Source: Eledone cirrhosa (Eukaryota). From it: a stretch of DNA of 64,000 bases. Of the stretch, positions 1 through 13,189 are shown one piece after another. The position numbers and the translations under genes were made by a program. Below the pieces are notes generated by a model that saw nothing but the letters and a program-made list of their open reading frames with translations, did no database searches and had not been told where the DNA came from. The stretch is from the NCBI GenBank assembly GCA_964016885.1, contig OZ024742.1, forward strand, positions 235,476,001 through 235,540,000, written 5' to 3'. Each line of letters begins with the position of its first letter. Within the stretch, counting starts at the first letter, position 1.

Positions 1-410
1 CTTTAGGAGCTTCCTACCTCACTGTTAATTTGGTTGCCTAGTTAATGAAAGCTATCAACAACTTCTATGGAGCCCTCCTCACCTCCGGTACTTGAGGGAA
101 TCTATTTCACGTGTGTTCTTTGTGCTCACTTCCCCTGTGCATCTGTCACATGTAAAATCTATATTTTCTGTTTGCCTACCTGCAATCCCTCTTGTGCATC
201 CATAATTTACATTGAGTACACCTTTTGAATTTCTGACATATTGAACAAGGCCACTTTCCTGATGGTATAACCTTCCTGTCTTCTTTCCAACTTATTAGGA
301 TTTTCGTTTTTGCTAAATTTACTTTTAGGCCTTTCAATTCTAGGTTCTTCCATGCTTGAAATTTTGCCACTAACACTGCTACAGATTCAGCTATAAATGT
401 CAACCCCAAA
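1..410 (-). mobile_element. Decayed RTE-clade LINE fragment (RT C-terminal half with Cys/His-rich insert)
   Basis: ORF 176..409 reads AWK.NLELKGLKVNLAKTKIL...WPCSICQK...CTQCKLWMHKR, typical of the RTE RT 'GLKVN..KTK' motif. Similar sequence occurs at 9120-9280 on the + strand. Confidence 0.75.
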
Positions 411-1032
411 TCCTTTGACTAGTAGAAATGAATTAGTAATTTATTGTCCACAACACATTTTCTATTCATTCTTTAACCCTTTAGCATTTAAACCAGCTGT
501 GTCCGACCAGAATTCCCTCACCTCCTTCTGTTCAAATTTGCTGTAACTGGCCGTTCAAACTGATGTTAAGGTATTATACTCAAAATGAATATCAAAATCT
601 CATAGATTTGATATTATGTGAGATAATCATGTGAGTTAAAGCCTTTCCCATGAAAATATAATAATATCTATAAAGTAATGTAAATGCTAAAGGGTTAATA
701 ACGTATATGATCCCATCTAGTAGTTACTCTGGTCCCCTTTTTTTTGAAATAAATATATTCATGTGTGTATATAACTAGGGATGCATATATGTGTGTGTAT
801 ATCTATATACATGGGAATGTATGTGTAGGTATGTGTGTGTGTATATATATATATATATCGATTCAGATGTATGAATATGTACACATGTACTTATGTATGT
901 AACTTTGTCGATATGCATATACCCTTTGATATCTTTATAAGTGAGGATTCTGTATATATACATATTTGGCTGGATGTCTGCAATTCCAGGATAATTATTA
1001 TGTATATTTATAATATGAATATTAGTGTGCAT

Positions 1033-1990
1033 ATTTGCTCTGTGTTTGTCTGCCTTTCCAACTCTTTCTCTCTAAGGAATCTACCTTTTCTTCAGACCTA
1101 TACGACATATAAACACATTGAACTAATTCTGAAAATAAGTGGCAGTTGTATACTATTATATATGGGTATATACTTGTATATGTTGGTATGTAGTTATATA
1201 CTATCATGTATATGTGTTGATATTTTTATGTGGGTATATAACTGTGTTTTTATACATATATGTATATGTCTGTTTGAGTATGTTTATTTTTGGAGATGTA
1301 CTTCTATATTTAATTCTAAAACTGTTTATGTCAAAGATATCTAAGTGGGTGTAAATATATTTGTATATATCTATGTGTGAGAATATACATTTCTAGATAT
1401 GTGTGTACGTATATGTGCATATATATATATGGGTGTGTCAGTGAGCCTATATAAGTATATGTATATCTGTATATATAAGTGAATAAATGGTGTTTATTAA
1501 AACGTTTTTAAAATATAATTTGAAGAATTATTTCCCTTTAATTATAAGTTTGAATCCCTTAGTCAAAAATATTTTTGAAAAATGTTTTTTTTAGTTTTCA
1601 ATATTTTAGGCACCCGTCATACCAATAAATCAACTTGCAAGGTTCCCCATCTTGTCTAAGGTATGAATTGAATTTCGGATACATTCTGCTTCAATTTAAT
1701 GTTTTATTTCTCCGAAGATGGGAAAGTGAAAAAATATACCTATATATCATTGTGTATGTATAGATAGATTATACAAAATGTCACCTAACATTATTAGAAT
1801 AACTGGATGTATAACTCTCTTGAAATATGTGTAAGGAATTAAAAATGATTTAAAAGCTAATTTTTCCATCTATATATTTGATTATATTTGCTGTGTTTTT
1901 GTCTGCCTTTCCAACTCTTTCTCCCTAAAAAAATCTGCTTTCTCTTCAGACCAATATAATATATAAAGACACTGAGTTAATTCTGAGAAT
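1033..1990. repeat. Two diverged direct copies of a ~105 bp segment (about 1033-1137 and 1886-1991)
   Basis: tttgctctgtgtttgtctgcctttccaactctttctctctaagg...cttcagacc...aattctgaaaata recurs as tttgctgtgtttttgtctgcctttccaactctttctccctaaaa...cttcagacc...aattctgagaata. Confidence 0.8.
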
Positions 1991-2019
1991 ACTTTGATGG
2001 AAAAGACGGATGTATATCT

Positions 2020-4480
2020 TGCCATGATTACAATAATCAGAAAGGTTCAGTTCACAGTTGATACTTGAGCAAATGCAGATTCCAGTAATATTACATTGGA
2101 TGAAATTTCTCAGCCAAGTAAAACTGGAATTTTAGCAAACTTAGATGTATCAAGCAAGTGAGGTAATCATGTTAAATTAAAGAGTAAATTAGACACAGTT
2201 GTTGCAGGCAACCTGTTACCACTGGAATATTTCAAGCAATTGTACCCTGATGTAAGCATGCCTAAGTTGAGTTGTATTAGAGACAAACCTGTCACTTCAT
2301 TTGCTTACATGTCTGAAATTAAGCAGCATGGTATATGCAAACTGAATGTCAGTGTAGAGAGCAAGGACAAACTATATTATCTGGTTTCTGACAAGTGTCA
2401 ACCAACATTTGGCCTGCCTGGCTTAGAAACATTAGGTCTGATCACAGTTAATGTACTTACCACTTCAAACTGATCATTAGCTTAGATGTGAATTTGGTTA
2501 AATCAGCAATAAAGCGAGTGATTAAGAAGGATATCTGCCTCACCAAAATAGAAATACCCTTTCCATGGTGTAGGCAAATTTGATATAAAACCAGTGAGAT
2601 CACAGTAGGTAAGTGTTAAACCCTACAAATCAGCCCCATGCCGAGTTCTTGCTGTAATCAAAGACAAATTTAAAAGTAATCCTGAAAATATGGTAAACTC
2701 TGGTATACAGAGGGAATTAGATCCTGATGAAGCAACAGAATGGGTGAATTCTTTTGTTAATGTTATCAAGCCAAATGGTGACTCATACATTTGTCTAGAC
2801 CCCATGCCACTAAATAAGGCAATCATTCAACCTATACTTGACATGCTGACTTCATGATGAATTAGCAGATGACAAGTTTATTACTGTTGTAGATATGACC
2901 AAAAGATTTTCCCATTTATAAGGAGAGTCAGCCATTCACTGCAATACTCACACCATTCGGAACTTATGTTTACCAGAGTCTAGTCATGGGATTTTAATGT
3001 TCTGATATTTTCAACAGTGTTTTGCATGAACTGTTATCTGGCCTCAAAGAGATAAAAAATATTACTGACAACATTATCATTTTTGGCAATACACAGGCCC
3101 AGCATAAGACCCTCGTGACATTTTTGGATTGCTGTGTGGAAATTGACCTCCACATCAACCTCAAAACAACTAACAGTTAATGTACAGTCAATGCCATTCT
3201 TTGACATCCCGTTTACTGCTGAAGGATTGAAACCCTCACCAGAGAAGGTGCAAGTTATAAAAGACTGGCATACTCCAATGAGCAAGACAGAGTTGCAAAG
3301 TTTCTGTAAGAAAGCCACTGCAGGATCTAAGCAGGACAGTATTTTTTAATTGGTGTCAAAACCATGATAAAATGTTTAGGCATCTCAAACAAATAATTGC
3401 AGATGACTGTACAACAGTAAAAGAAATCCTACATAGAATATGGTACCAGTCAGGATGACACTGGAGCAGTGCTACCCCAGACAGAATCCAACCTGGGAAC
3501 TGTCAGTGAAGTAGTCCATAATTTGAAACCTATAGCATATGCTTCAAAAACTTTGAACTCCACTGAGACTTGATACTCATATATTGAGAGATAGAGAGAG
3601 CTACTAGCTGCTGTGTTTGCTGTACTACATTTTAAGCAGTTTATATTTGGTAAAAGGGCAATAGTATTGATTAATCATAAGCCCCTGACCTCTCTTTGGT
3701 AGAAGACCTTGGTATCCACCACATCCCAACTTTCTTGCATGTTGTTGCAAATCAAGTTCAGTTTGGATATTATATACAGGAGTGGCAAAGAAATCCTCTC
3801 TCTGATGCATTTAGCTGTTTAAGCACACATGCAAAACATGATGGTCAAACCATAAAGAGGATGGATGTTAGCATTTACAACAAAAAGCACCCAGTACTCC
3901 CTGTAAATGTGGTTGGCATTAGGAAGGGCATCCAGCTGTAGAAACCAAGTCCAAATCAGTTCTGTATAAGCAAGACATGGTCTCCTGACATGGCCTATCT
4001 CACAATAGGGCAACTCATTTAAACCATGCTAACATGGAAAAAAGTGAACAAAGTGTAGTTGATGGCATTGTCTGCAAGAATCACAGTGATAATTTCTAAA
4101 TCAATGAGGCCTGAAGTTCTTCAGCTATTACACAAAGCCCATCTTGGAGTCACAAAGTCTACTCCAGAAAAGAGTGTATTCTCGCCTAGGACCACATATG
4201 AAGTAACAGCATTAATTGAAAGATACCATGCCTGTCAAGCAATTCACAATAGACAGTGCTTGGATCTTTGCAAAGTACTATTGCTGTATATCCAAAGCAT
4301 ACCATCTGCTTAGATATTTTTGAGTTCCAAGGTTTATCTTTTCTAATTACAGTAGACCATCATTATAGCTATTTTGTCAGCGAAGTAGACTGATCATTCA
4401 AGTACCAAAATAAAGCAAGTTCTTTCTGGCATAATTTCAGTTTGGTTTGCTAGAGCAGATTACTTGTGATTGAGGCCAAC
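2020..4480 (+). mobile_element. Degenerate Ty3/Gypsy LTR retrotransposon pol (protease-RT-RNaseH-integrase)
   Basis: Broken frames give VQFTVDT (protease); EWVNSFVNVIKPNG...CLDP..LNKAII, TPFG and NITDNIIIFG (RT); EGLKPSPEKVQVIKDW..P.SKTELQSF; KPIAYASKTL...IE..LLAAVFAVLHFKQFIFG (RNase H); and RPEVLQLLHKAHLGVTK (integrase Zn-binding start). Domain order is Gypsy-type, with many stops and frameshifts. Confidence 0.85.
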
Positions 4481-4997
4481 CCAGCCTGACCATGGATACA
4501 ATGCATACTCTGTTGTTGTAACGAGGTAGTGCTTGTCCAACGATAAAATGAACTTGGCACACTCTATAAAGTGTTAGTGTTAGTACCTTGATAAAAAGTC
4601 CTCCCTGTAAGGTGATAGTGCTAGTCATAATAAAATGCTCCCAGTATACGCTGTAAAGTGGATGATATTAGGAGGAACATTCAACCATGGAAACCATGAC
4701 AAAAACAGGACGTATGAGCAAAAATTGGCCACTTAATCGGTCAAGCCACAGAATGTAAAAACCTATCTAACCTATGCTAACAATGGTAAATAGAGGTATG
4801 ATGATGATGATGAAGGAATATATGAGTATTCTGAAAGAATGCTTTTATTAAAAATATCACAGTGGTAAGTTATCTCACCAATGTAGACTCAATGGTGATT
4901 ATATAATATATAGTATTGGAAGGTTGTTAGCCCAATGTTATGTATTCTTTCATGAAATGACTTTTGACAGTTGTAAATACAGCCTGTAATACATACT

Positions 4998-5175
4998 TGT
5001 TTCTACTTTAGGCACAAGGCCAGCAATTACCCAGTGCATTACTGGTACTTTATTTTATCGACCCCGTAAGGATGAAAGGCAAAGTCAACGTCGGCGGGAT
5101 TTGAACTCAGATCGTAAAGGTACGTAACTATGCTTGAAAGCATGGCGTCCGACCCTCTACCGATACTGCCAATCC
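4998..5175 (-). mobile_element. tRNA-derived SINE with perfect 19-bp target-site duplication
   Basis: Minus strand: ggattggcagtatcggtagag (A-box-like)...gagttcaaatccc (B box)...gcctttcatccttacggggtcgataaaataaagtaccag. It is flanked by acagcctgtaatacatact at 4979-4997 and 5176-5194. The same family occurs at 16586. Confidence 0.9.
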
Positions 5176-5362
5176 ACAGCCTGTAATACATACTATTTAC
5201 ATTTTGTTGATCAAATTATTTTTTTATCTTTATCCTTGTGGGCATATTTAGTAATTGTACGAATATTGTAAAGTATTAGTTAATATTCACAGGATTACTA
5301 AAGAACATAGAGTGAAGAGATCCCCTTAGTCATGTAGTGGACAAAACAACCTCTCTAGTGCT

Positions 5363-5638
5363 GGTGGCCTAGTGGTAAGGGTGTTGGACTTATGAATCAT
5401 AATGTTGTGGGTTTGATTCCTGGGCTGGGTTGCATGTTGTGTTCTTGAGCAAAACACATCATTTCATGTTGCTCCAGTATACTCAGCTGAAAATGAGTAC
5501 CAGCAATAGCTGGGGATTTAATCCTGCGATGGACTGGCACCTGTCCAGTGGGAAGTCTTGTAATCTTGGTCGCTTCATGCCATGGAAACTGGGATAAGCA
5601 CCGGCCTGATAAGCCTCTGAGTTTGAGACAGACTTTAG
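5363..5638 (+). mobile_element. tRNA-derived SINE, second family
   Basis: gtggcctagtggtaaggg...gggtttgattcc (A/B boxes) is followed by tgtgttcttgagcaaaacac...cctgcgatggactggca...gcttcatgccatggaaactggg. A related partial copy lies at 24908-25026 (minus). Confidence 0.75.
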
Positions 5639-5981
5639 ACACACTAGTGCAGGTGCCATGATAAAATCCACCTAGTATAATCTTTAAAGTGGTTGGCATT
5701 AAGGGTATCCAGCTGTAGAAATCATGCCAATATATAAAACGTATAAGTGTGACATGGTCATCCAACCCATTTAGGAGAGCTGTGACATAGAATAAGTAAT
5801 TCTAACTGACAACTTGTCCAACCTATGCCACCATAGAAAACCGATAAAAAATGATGGTAGAGATGATACTAAATATACCACCGAGAAAAAAGGAAACTTT
5901 ATTTTGATCCCCCTCGCCCCCCCAAAATTATGTAGTATACTTGCTGTATTTATAATGAACTGATTTTGGATATTGATACAG

Positions 5982-7211
5982 TTACTGTTCTATATGAATA
6001 GCTACATGTATAGTTAACTGACTCTTTTGAGAGAATGATTTACCACAAATGTCACAGTGATATGGTTTCTCTCCAGTATGAATTCGTATGTGAGTAGATA
6101 ACTGACTTGCATCAGAAAATGATTTATCACACATATCACAGTGGTATGGTTTTTCACCAGTATGAATACGTTTATGAGTAGGTACATTGCTTCTGTGAGA
6201 GAAAGATTTCCCACAGATATCACAGTGGTATGGCTTCTCTCCTGTATGAGTACGTCTGTGTATAGTTAAGACACCATTTTCAGAGAATGATTTACCACAT
6301 ATATCACACTGATATGGTTTTTCGCCTGTATGAATACGTTTATGTATAGTTAAGACACCATTTTCAGAGAATGATTGACCACAGGTATCACAATGATAAG
6401 GTTTTTCCCCTGTATGTGTACGTTTGTGTCTAGATAAGATACCATTTTCAGAGAATGATTTACCACAAATATTACAGTGATAAGGTTTTTCTCCTGTATG
6501 AGTACGTTTGTGAGTAGTTAGGTTACCTTTTCCAGAGAATGATTTACCACAAATATCACAGTGATATGGTTTCTCTCCTGTGTGGATACGGTTGTGAGTA
6601 TTTAGATTACCCTTTTCAGCAAATGATTTACCACAGATATTACAGTGATATGGTTTCTCTCCTGTATGAATACGTTTGTGAGCAGTTAAGTGATTAGTTA
6701 CAGAAAATGATTTACCACAAATATCACAGTGATATGGTTTCTCTCCTGTATGAATGCGTTTGTGAGTAGTTAAGTGATTATTTACAGAGAATGATATACC
6801 ACAGATATCACAGTGATATGGTTTCTCTCCAGTATGAATACGTTTGTGTATAGTTACTTCACCATTTTGAGAGAATGATTTACCACAGATATCACACTGA
6901 TATGGTCTCTCTCCTGTATGAATGCGTTTATGTCTAGTTAAGTCACTTGATTGAAAGAATGATTTATTACAGATATCACAATGATGTGGGGTCTCTCCTG
7001 TATGAATACGTTGGTGTCTAGTTAAGACACTTCCTTCAAGAAATGATTTACCACAGATATCACAGTGATATGGCTTCTCTCTTGTATGACTAGGTTTGTG
7101 AATGGTCAGATTACTTTTTTCCGAGAATGATGTTTTACACATATCATAGTAGTATGGTGATTTTCCTATCTCCTTGGAAAAATAATCCTTCAAGTTATCC
7201 ACATAATTCAT
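5982..7211 (-). CDS. Tandem C2H2 (Kruppel-type) zinc-finger protein, 409 aa, 13 intact fingers plus one degenerate N-terminal finger
   Basis: The uninterrupted ORF has repeated 28-aa units CxxCGKSF...HxRxH with TGEKPY linkers. A plausible splice acceptor (tttctttattatttcag) lies upstream at about 7608 on the minus strand. No effector domain is visible in this ORF. Confidence 0.93.
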   Translation of the reverse strand: MNYVDNLKDYFSKEIGKSPYYYDMCKTSFSEKSNLTIHKPSHTREKPYHCDICGKSFLEGSVLTRHQRIHTGETPHHCDICNKSFFQSSDLTRHKRIHTGERPYQCDICGKSFSQNGEVTIHKRIHTGEKPYHCDICGISFSVNNHLTTHKRIHTGEKPYHCDICGKSFSVTNHLTAHKRIHTGEKPYHCNICGKSFAEKGNLNTHNRIHTGEKPYHCDICGKSFSGKGNLTTHKRTHTGEKPYHCNICGKSFSENGILSRHKRTHTGEKPYHCDTCGQSFSENGVLTIHKRIHTGEKPYQCDICGKSFSENGVLTIHRRTHTGEKPYHCDICGKSFSHRSNVPTHKRIHTGEKPYHCDMCDKSFSDASQLSTHIRIHTGEKPYHCDICGKSFSQKSQLTIHVAIHIEQ

Positions 7212-7829
7212 TTTTCCACAATTTTTCTTCTCTCACCACAATATATCGATCGTTTTCTTGTTTTCGTGCTTATATATTTCTATGTAGATAGAAGTATTTT
7301 CACAGCTATAATACCATCAATTGCGATGTTTGTTAGTATCTAAAAATGCTGCAAACTAATTTTTAAATTTGTCTCAGTATAATTTGAATACAAAATCATT
7401 GTGTATTTGTTCCAGCAGATGAGGTAGAGGAATGTTGTTCATAATCTCACTCAGAGAGGAAATATTTCACAGTAATTTTACTATAGATTTATATAAATAG
7501 AGATATATCAGTTTTGTATAACATCTTCCTTTAGTCCTTAAAGGATGATAAATATTGATGAAACATTTGATGTAAAAAATTTTTGTATGTTAATGTCATT
7601 TGATATTCTGAAATAATAAAGAAACAGTATGAGACAATAGAAAATACTTAAAAACGTAGAGATTCAACAGTGGAAGTTTTAGTACATTCCAACAATGATA
7701 AATTGTAGGTATAAACTTTTACCTGAACAACTGAAATCATTTTTTTAAATTTGTATTTAATGTGTAACATTATATATGTTAAACTATGGTACACTTTCAG
7801 ATTGTATAACATTTTATATAAGTTATATA

Positions 7830-8060
7830 TATAACAGATGTTTACTCGAGAGAAGACTACGTTGGTATGGTCACGTGATGCGCATGAAAGATGACAGCTG
7901 TATAAAAAAGTGCAGGGCAATAAAAATAGACGGTAGCCACGAGTAGGCAGACCCAGAAAAACCTGGGACGACTTGATAAATTCCGACCTCACACACTTAC
8001 ACCTCTCCAAGACAATGTCACTGGACCGAGACCTTTGGCGCTACACAGTAATAGAGAAAA
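7830..8060 (+). mobile_element. RTE LINE 3' end fragment
   Basis: Translates as RLRWYGHVMRMKDDSCIKKVQG...GRPRKTWDDLI, the typical RTE ORF2 C-terminus. Confidence 0.8.
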
Positions 8061-8229
8061 CCCGCCTTACCTAAGTACAAAGTGAAACCTACTACAGTCA
8101 GTAGGCACCTCTAACAAAATACACCCCCGTCCCACTACCCCCACCCCATCCACACCGCCCCCTTCTATGTAAAGTTATGTTGGTACCACAACATCCAGCC
8201 TGAAATAAATGAGGTCGTGTAGGTGTCAC

Positions 8230-8460
8230 GACAAAAAAACACACAGTCCACGCTGTAATGTGGCCGTGTAGGCAACACGGTAAAAACCTCCCAGTTCCAC
8301 ACTGTACATGTGGTTGGTGTTAGGAAGGGGATCCAGCCATAGAAAACCCACCAGACAGTCCTATGCGAGCAAGACAACCACTCTTGCCTCAAGTGGGAAA
8401 ACTCCCGTCCAAACCCATGCAAGCGTGGAATATGGACGTTAAACGATGATGATGATGATA
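8230..8460 (+). mobile_element. Short non-autonomous retroelement with (GAT)n tail; its core recurs many times
   Basis: The core ctgtaaagtggttggcattaggaagggcatccagctgtagaaa occurs near 3900, 4650, 5685, 8300, 10772, 10912 and 11045. The copies near 4800 and 8450 end in (gat)n. Confidence 0.7.
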
Positions 8461-8859
8461 TAACATATATATAAGATTATATATATGTTAACTCTAGTGA
8501 TACTAAATGTGTGTGTATATGAAAGCATACATGAAATGTTTATGTATAATAAACATAGAAGCATCTTGCTATGAATTTTTTTTATAAGCTCTGATCCTAT
8601 ATGATTTTGTGTATGAAACATCAGTTGGTGATCCTCATTTGCATATAAGCCAAACTTGATTGGTGCAAGGGAGGTAATTCGAAGTGGCACTAACAGTGTG
8701 TTTCATCATATGGGTATATATGAAAGCATATATAATATGTTTATATATTATAAACATACAAGAGTTTCACTATGAATTTTTTTACAAGATGTGATCATGT
8801 CACAGCTATAGTGGTGAGAGGGCAATCTGGAGGACATGAAGTTGAAGAGGCCCTCATAT

Positions 8860-9930
8860 TCAATGACTGGCATAATAGCATCATTGTCAACTGCTACAAG
8901 AGCAAACGATATGGATTAGACAGGAAAATATAGAGGCATCAAGTTATGAAAGTTACAGGCGTTATTGCACAGCTGATAGGAACTGAAATAACCTAGATGA
9001 GATGCAGTTCGGATTTGTGCCATGTAAAATTACCATTGATGCCCTCTTCCCTGTGAGGCAACTGCAGTAGAAATACCTAACTAAAAATAAGCCAGATTAG
9101 AAAAGAAATTCCAGACTTTGAAGCAAAACTTGGAATCAAAAGATCTTAAAGTCCCAGTAAATAGATAAGAAAACAGGGCCTGTTCATTCATGGAAATGGC
9201 TTTCCTCAATGTGCATGAAAGGTGTGGGTAGAAATTCCATTTTACATCTCAAACAAACTATGGGTACACAAGAGATGTAGCAGGATCTCAGGTAGGCTAT
9301 ATACATATTTTATGCATAGGAGCAGTAAGCAGCAAGAGCTCACAGGAAACAAGCTCTATCAAGTGCTCAGAAGTAGTTGACAGTTTCTGTTACCTGGGTG
9401 ACCAAATTAGCTGTGGTAGTAGGTGGTCTGAAAGCACAGTAGCCAGAGTGAGAAGATGGAAAAAGTTCAGGGAGCTACTATGGCTGCTAGCTACAAAAGG
9501 TTTTTTCCTTGAACTGAAAGGTAGATTGTAAGATACTTCTGTATGAATAACAATGCTGCACGGAAGTGAGACCTGGGCACTGTGTGCAGAGGACCTACAA
9601 AGATTGGAAAGAAAGGAAACTTGCATGTTTCACTGGAGTGTACATGAATGGCAAAGGGCCAATGAAACCGAGAGAAACTGGGTATAAGAGGGGTTAGATG
9701 CAATGTGCAGGAGGAGAAGAGATTGTGGTGGTATGGACAAGATGCATATGGAGGATGACAGATGTATATAAAAAGTGCAAGCTGCTCAAAGAGGACAGAA
9801 ATTATGGAAAAGGAAGACCTAAAAAAGCTTTGGATGAAATGATAAAACCTGAGCTTACACAATTAAATCAATCAAAGGAGATGACATAGGATTGAGATCT
9901 CTGGCAACATGCTGTGCTGCAGAAGACCAG
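8860..9930 (+). mobile_element. Degenerate RTE-clade LINE ORF2 (RT to C-terminus)
   Basis: Fragments YRGIKL, MQFGFVP, TIDALF.VRQLQ.KYL, EVVDSFCYLGDQISCG, RWKKFRELL, MLHGSETWAL and GRPKK, with multiple stops and frameshifts. Confidence 0.85.
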
Positions 9931-10034
9931 CTTTCCCATGTGCGCAGAATAGAGCAAACATATAGAGGACAATAGACTACACTAATCTCCCGCCTCCCCA
10001 ATATTAATTCTCACCCACCCCATCACTAGCTAAA

Positions 10035-10345
10035 CACTAAGAAATGAAGCAAGTATGCTCCTATAAATGTGTAATGTTAGTGTGCATAAATAATGTAGCA
10101 TAACGAACCGAGAGAAAAACTCAGCATAAGAGGAATTGGATGTATTGTGAAAAACTGTGTTGGTATGGACATGTGATACATATGGAAATGGTGGCTGCAT
10201 AAAGAAATGCAGAGAAATCCCAGTGGCTGGGATCCATGGAAGAGGCAGACCCAGGATGTCTTGAAATGAGGCAGTGAAGACAGACCTTAAGAAGCTAAAT
10301 TTCACAACAGAGATGACACAGGACCATGGATATTGGAGCATAGCT
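10035..10345 (+). mobile_element. RTE LINE 3' fragment
   Basis: Homologous to 9600-9900 and 7830-8060 (LCWYGHVIHM...GRGRPR...LKKLN). Confidence 0.7.
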
Positions 10346-12339
10346 CCAATATCCATGGTCCTTTGCATAAATGCAAACTGAGTCATCACTGTAACCCCAC
10401 TCAGTATCATTTCTTAGTTTCCCCTCTTCTCTTTTGCATCCTAGTAGCTACTCCCTCAATCCTGTCCCCCACCTTGCCCATGTCCCATCCATTGTTCTCC
10501 ATGCTCTAAAGTCCTTAGATACCCACACTAGTAGCTACTCCCTCCATCTCTGTGCACCCCACTACCACTTCTTAGCTATTCTTTCCATGATTACAATGGT
10601 CCCCTCACTATCACCGCTTATGTATTCTTACCATCGCTAAGTTTCCTGTGCTACTGGAGGTCACCTCTTCCCCATCCAACTCATCATGCCATACATCCAT
10701 AACTTCATGCTTATCTCTCTTTACAACCCACAACCTCTCTAGTGATGCCACGAAAATGCACCTAGTACATACTATAAAGTGGTTGGCGATAGGAAAGGCA
10801 CCATACTGTAGAAACCATGCCGAAAAGGTTAGGAGGCCCCTTCAGTTGCATCAACTGTGCACCAACCTCTCTAGTGTTGGTGATCTACATGATAAACACA
10901 TCCAGTACATGCTGTAAAGTGGTTTGTGATACGAAAGGCATTCAGCCGTAGAAAGCTTGCTGAAGAAACGTGTGGGGCGGACCCTTCAGTTATGTCAATA
11001 ATATGACAATCTCCCTGGCGTTGGTGATCTACACAATAAACGCGGCAAAGTGGTTGATGATAAAAAAGGCATCCAGTCATAGAAAGATTGCCAAACAAAG
11101 GGTTTGGAGGCTCGAAAACATGACAACCTCTCTTGAGCTGGTAAAAAGCACTCGGCAAAACATGAGACCGTATGTAAGCGAGATACGGGCTCCAGTACAT
11201 GCGTGCATCCGTATTTACACAAATACTTTCAATGGAATTTTACTATAGGATTTTGCCACAAAAAGAAATGGTATAAATGACAATAGATCTCAAATAAAGA
11301 AAATAACTAGTTCAATTTACCGGATTCATTGTATGTTAGGTTAGGGCTTTCTAGTCAGCTCGTTCGTGTGCGTGCCTCTATTGTGTATGAGAGTAGCATG
11401 CGAACTGAATGCAGAGAATCAGACGAGATATTTAAAGTTTCTTCATTCGATATTGTATTGATGCACGAAAGACAATTGAATGAAAAAACAAAAACAGTAA
11501 CCAACATACCTTGTACAAATCTACTTCGGAGAATAATAAAATTTGAATTGCTAAAAATTATTCTTTATTCCATTGTTAGATTATACTTGAATTACGGCAG
11601 GACCAGGTTGTAGACAGTACGACGAAAATTTGGATACCAAGAAATAAGCATAAGGTGAAATTAATGGTTTTTGAATGACTAAAATGATTCTTTCACGCTG
11701 TAATTGCTTCAGCTTCCACACACACTCTCAGAACAAGTACTTGCCAGACCAACAGAACTCTGAAATGCATTAAGTGTTAAGAAATAACATAGCTTCTTTT
11801 ACGTGTAGCTATAGTAGGTTGATGTAAAGACAATGGGTAAAAGCTGCATATACCTTGAGTAAAATTGTGCAGTAGTCGGTTGTAAACATACCCAATAACT
11901 CTTTAGATGATTCACAGTTCAGTAGTACAAGGAAAATGGCGAAACTGACGTACTTTTGGAACAATGGCACGACTGATGTCGAATTATTGGATTTTCATTG
12001 GTCAAGTGAGTGATGAGACATATGCTAGGGTTGAAGACGGGGAAGTCTAATAGATAGAGAGGGAAAATAGATGGATGCATAGAAAGAGAGCAAATGCTCG
12101 TGAAATAGTGATGTAAATTATCAAGGGAACTAAATCTTGTATCATTTGACAAAATCATTGCGAGCGCAAGAAAAAGTAAATAAAAAAAAAAGACCAAATT
12201 TTCCCACTTTCTCTACATTAAGACTAACTAGAGCCCTTGCCATATCTTTCTTTTTCCGTTTTTTAAAAATATTTTCTTATTTTACATTCCATTCTTTCTT
12301 CTCAATCTAAATTTTCTTTTTTCTTTTTGTATTAAATTG

Positions 12340-13180
12340 TATTTACATGTTATCATCTAGTACAGGTAATTGATGATAACCTCGGTTGAGGTAGATTTTG
12401 GAGAAAATCGAGCACCCTGCTAACTGAACGAAGCCTTGTATATGCAGAATGGAGTAGCAGTAGGGTGACGTACTTTTGTTAAGACGGCGATAATCCCTGC
12501 TGGGCTGCCAAGCTTTATTGGGTTTTGGCGTTTCGTGTAGAGGTGAAGACCAGGGACGGTTTGATCGATGAACGATGCCTAAAGCTTCCATTTTGTCAAA
12601 TTTGACCTTCACAATAGCAAATTTGTCTGGTGGTAGACGACACACACGGTTGTGTACTGGAGAACTGGTGGTTGAAATGTAGTGCTTTACTCTGTGGTGA
12701 GTTGTGGATTGGGAGATGTCATGATAATGAGTTTCAGGTAAAAGGAATTCCGAGAACTCGTTCTTGGTCTCAGAGACGTTTGATATATGAAAAGTCACAC
12801 GTGCAGATGTTGCCAGAGAAACAGAGGCATACTTACTGCTATAGATGAGTCGTCTCCCCTGATTATCGACCAGCAGTGAGTGAGCTCGAAGGAAGTCTGC
12901 TCCAATGATAGGCTGATGGGCATCAGCGACGGTGAATGTCCATGTATATTACTGTGAGCCTCTGTGGAGGTATCTGTAAGCTTTGGGACAATTGATCATG
13001 TTTGCCGACCACCAGGATGTTTATTGGTGGTTGGTCCTAGAGTTTCTCCCGGAGTCGATGATGAAGAGCTATTGAAGTTACATGGTTACTTGGTATCTTT
13101 TGCTTCAAATTTCTTGTGAAAGAAACATATCACTTTACGTGACCTCATTGTCTTGTGGCTGACCTCGTGGTGTTGATGCT
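12340..13180 (-). mobile_element. Degenerate Gypsy element (gag end, protease, RT N-terminal part)
   Basis: ORF 12343..12798 reads RLPPDKF...GIVHRSNRPWSSPLH..PKPNKAW..RDYRRLNKST...IFSKIYLNRGYHQLPV. Upstream it reads WTFTVADAHQPIIGADFLRAHSLLVD. Confidence 0.85.
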
Positions 13181-13189
13181 CCCTCATTA

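Noticed and set aside
775-1354. ORFs of 85-169 aa in AT-rich sequence
   Set aside because: Degenerate TA/TG microsatellite-like sequence with Y/I/C/M-biased translation and no domain.
5363-5430. tRNA-like heads here and near 5100-5175, 16586 and 24960-25026
   Set aside because: They lack a full cloverleaf and continue into SINE bodies, so they are annotated as SINEs, not tRNA genes.
11329-12197. Possible first exon or promoter of the ZNF gene (minus-strand AAG|GTATGT near 11510) or an integrase relic
   Set aside because: A single donor-like hexamer and no recognisable protein motifs; it cannot be supported without transcript data.
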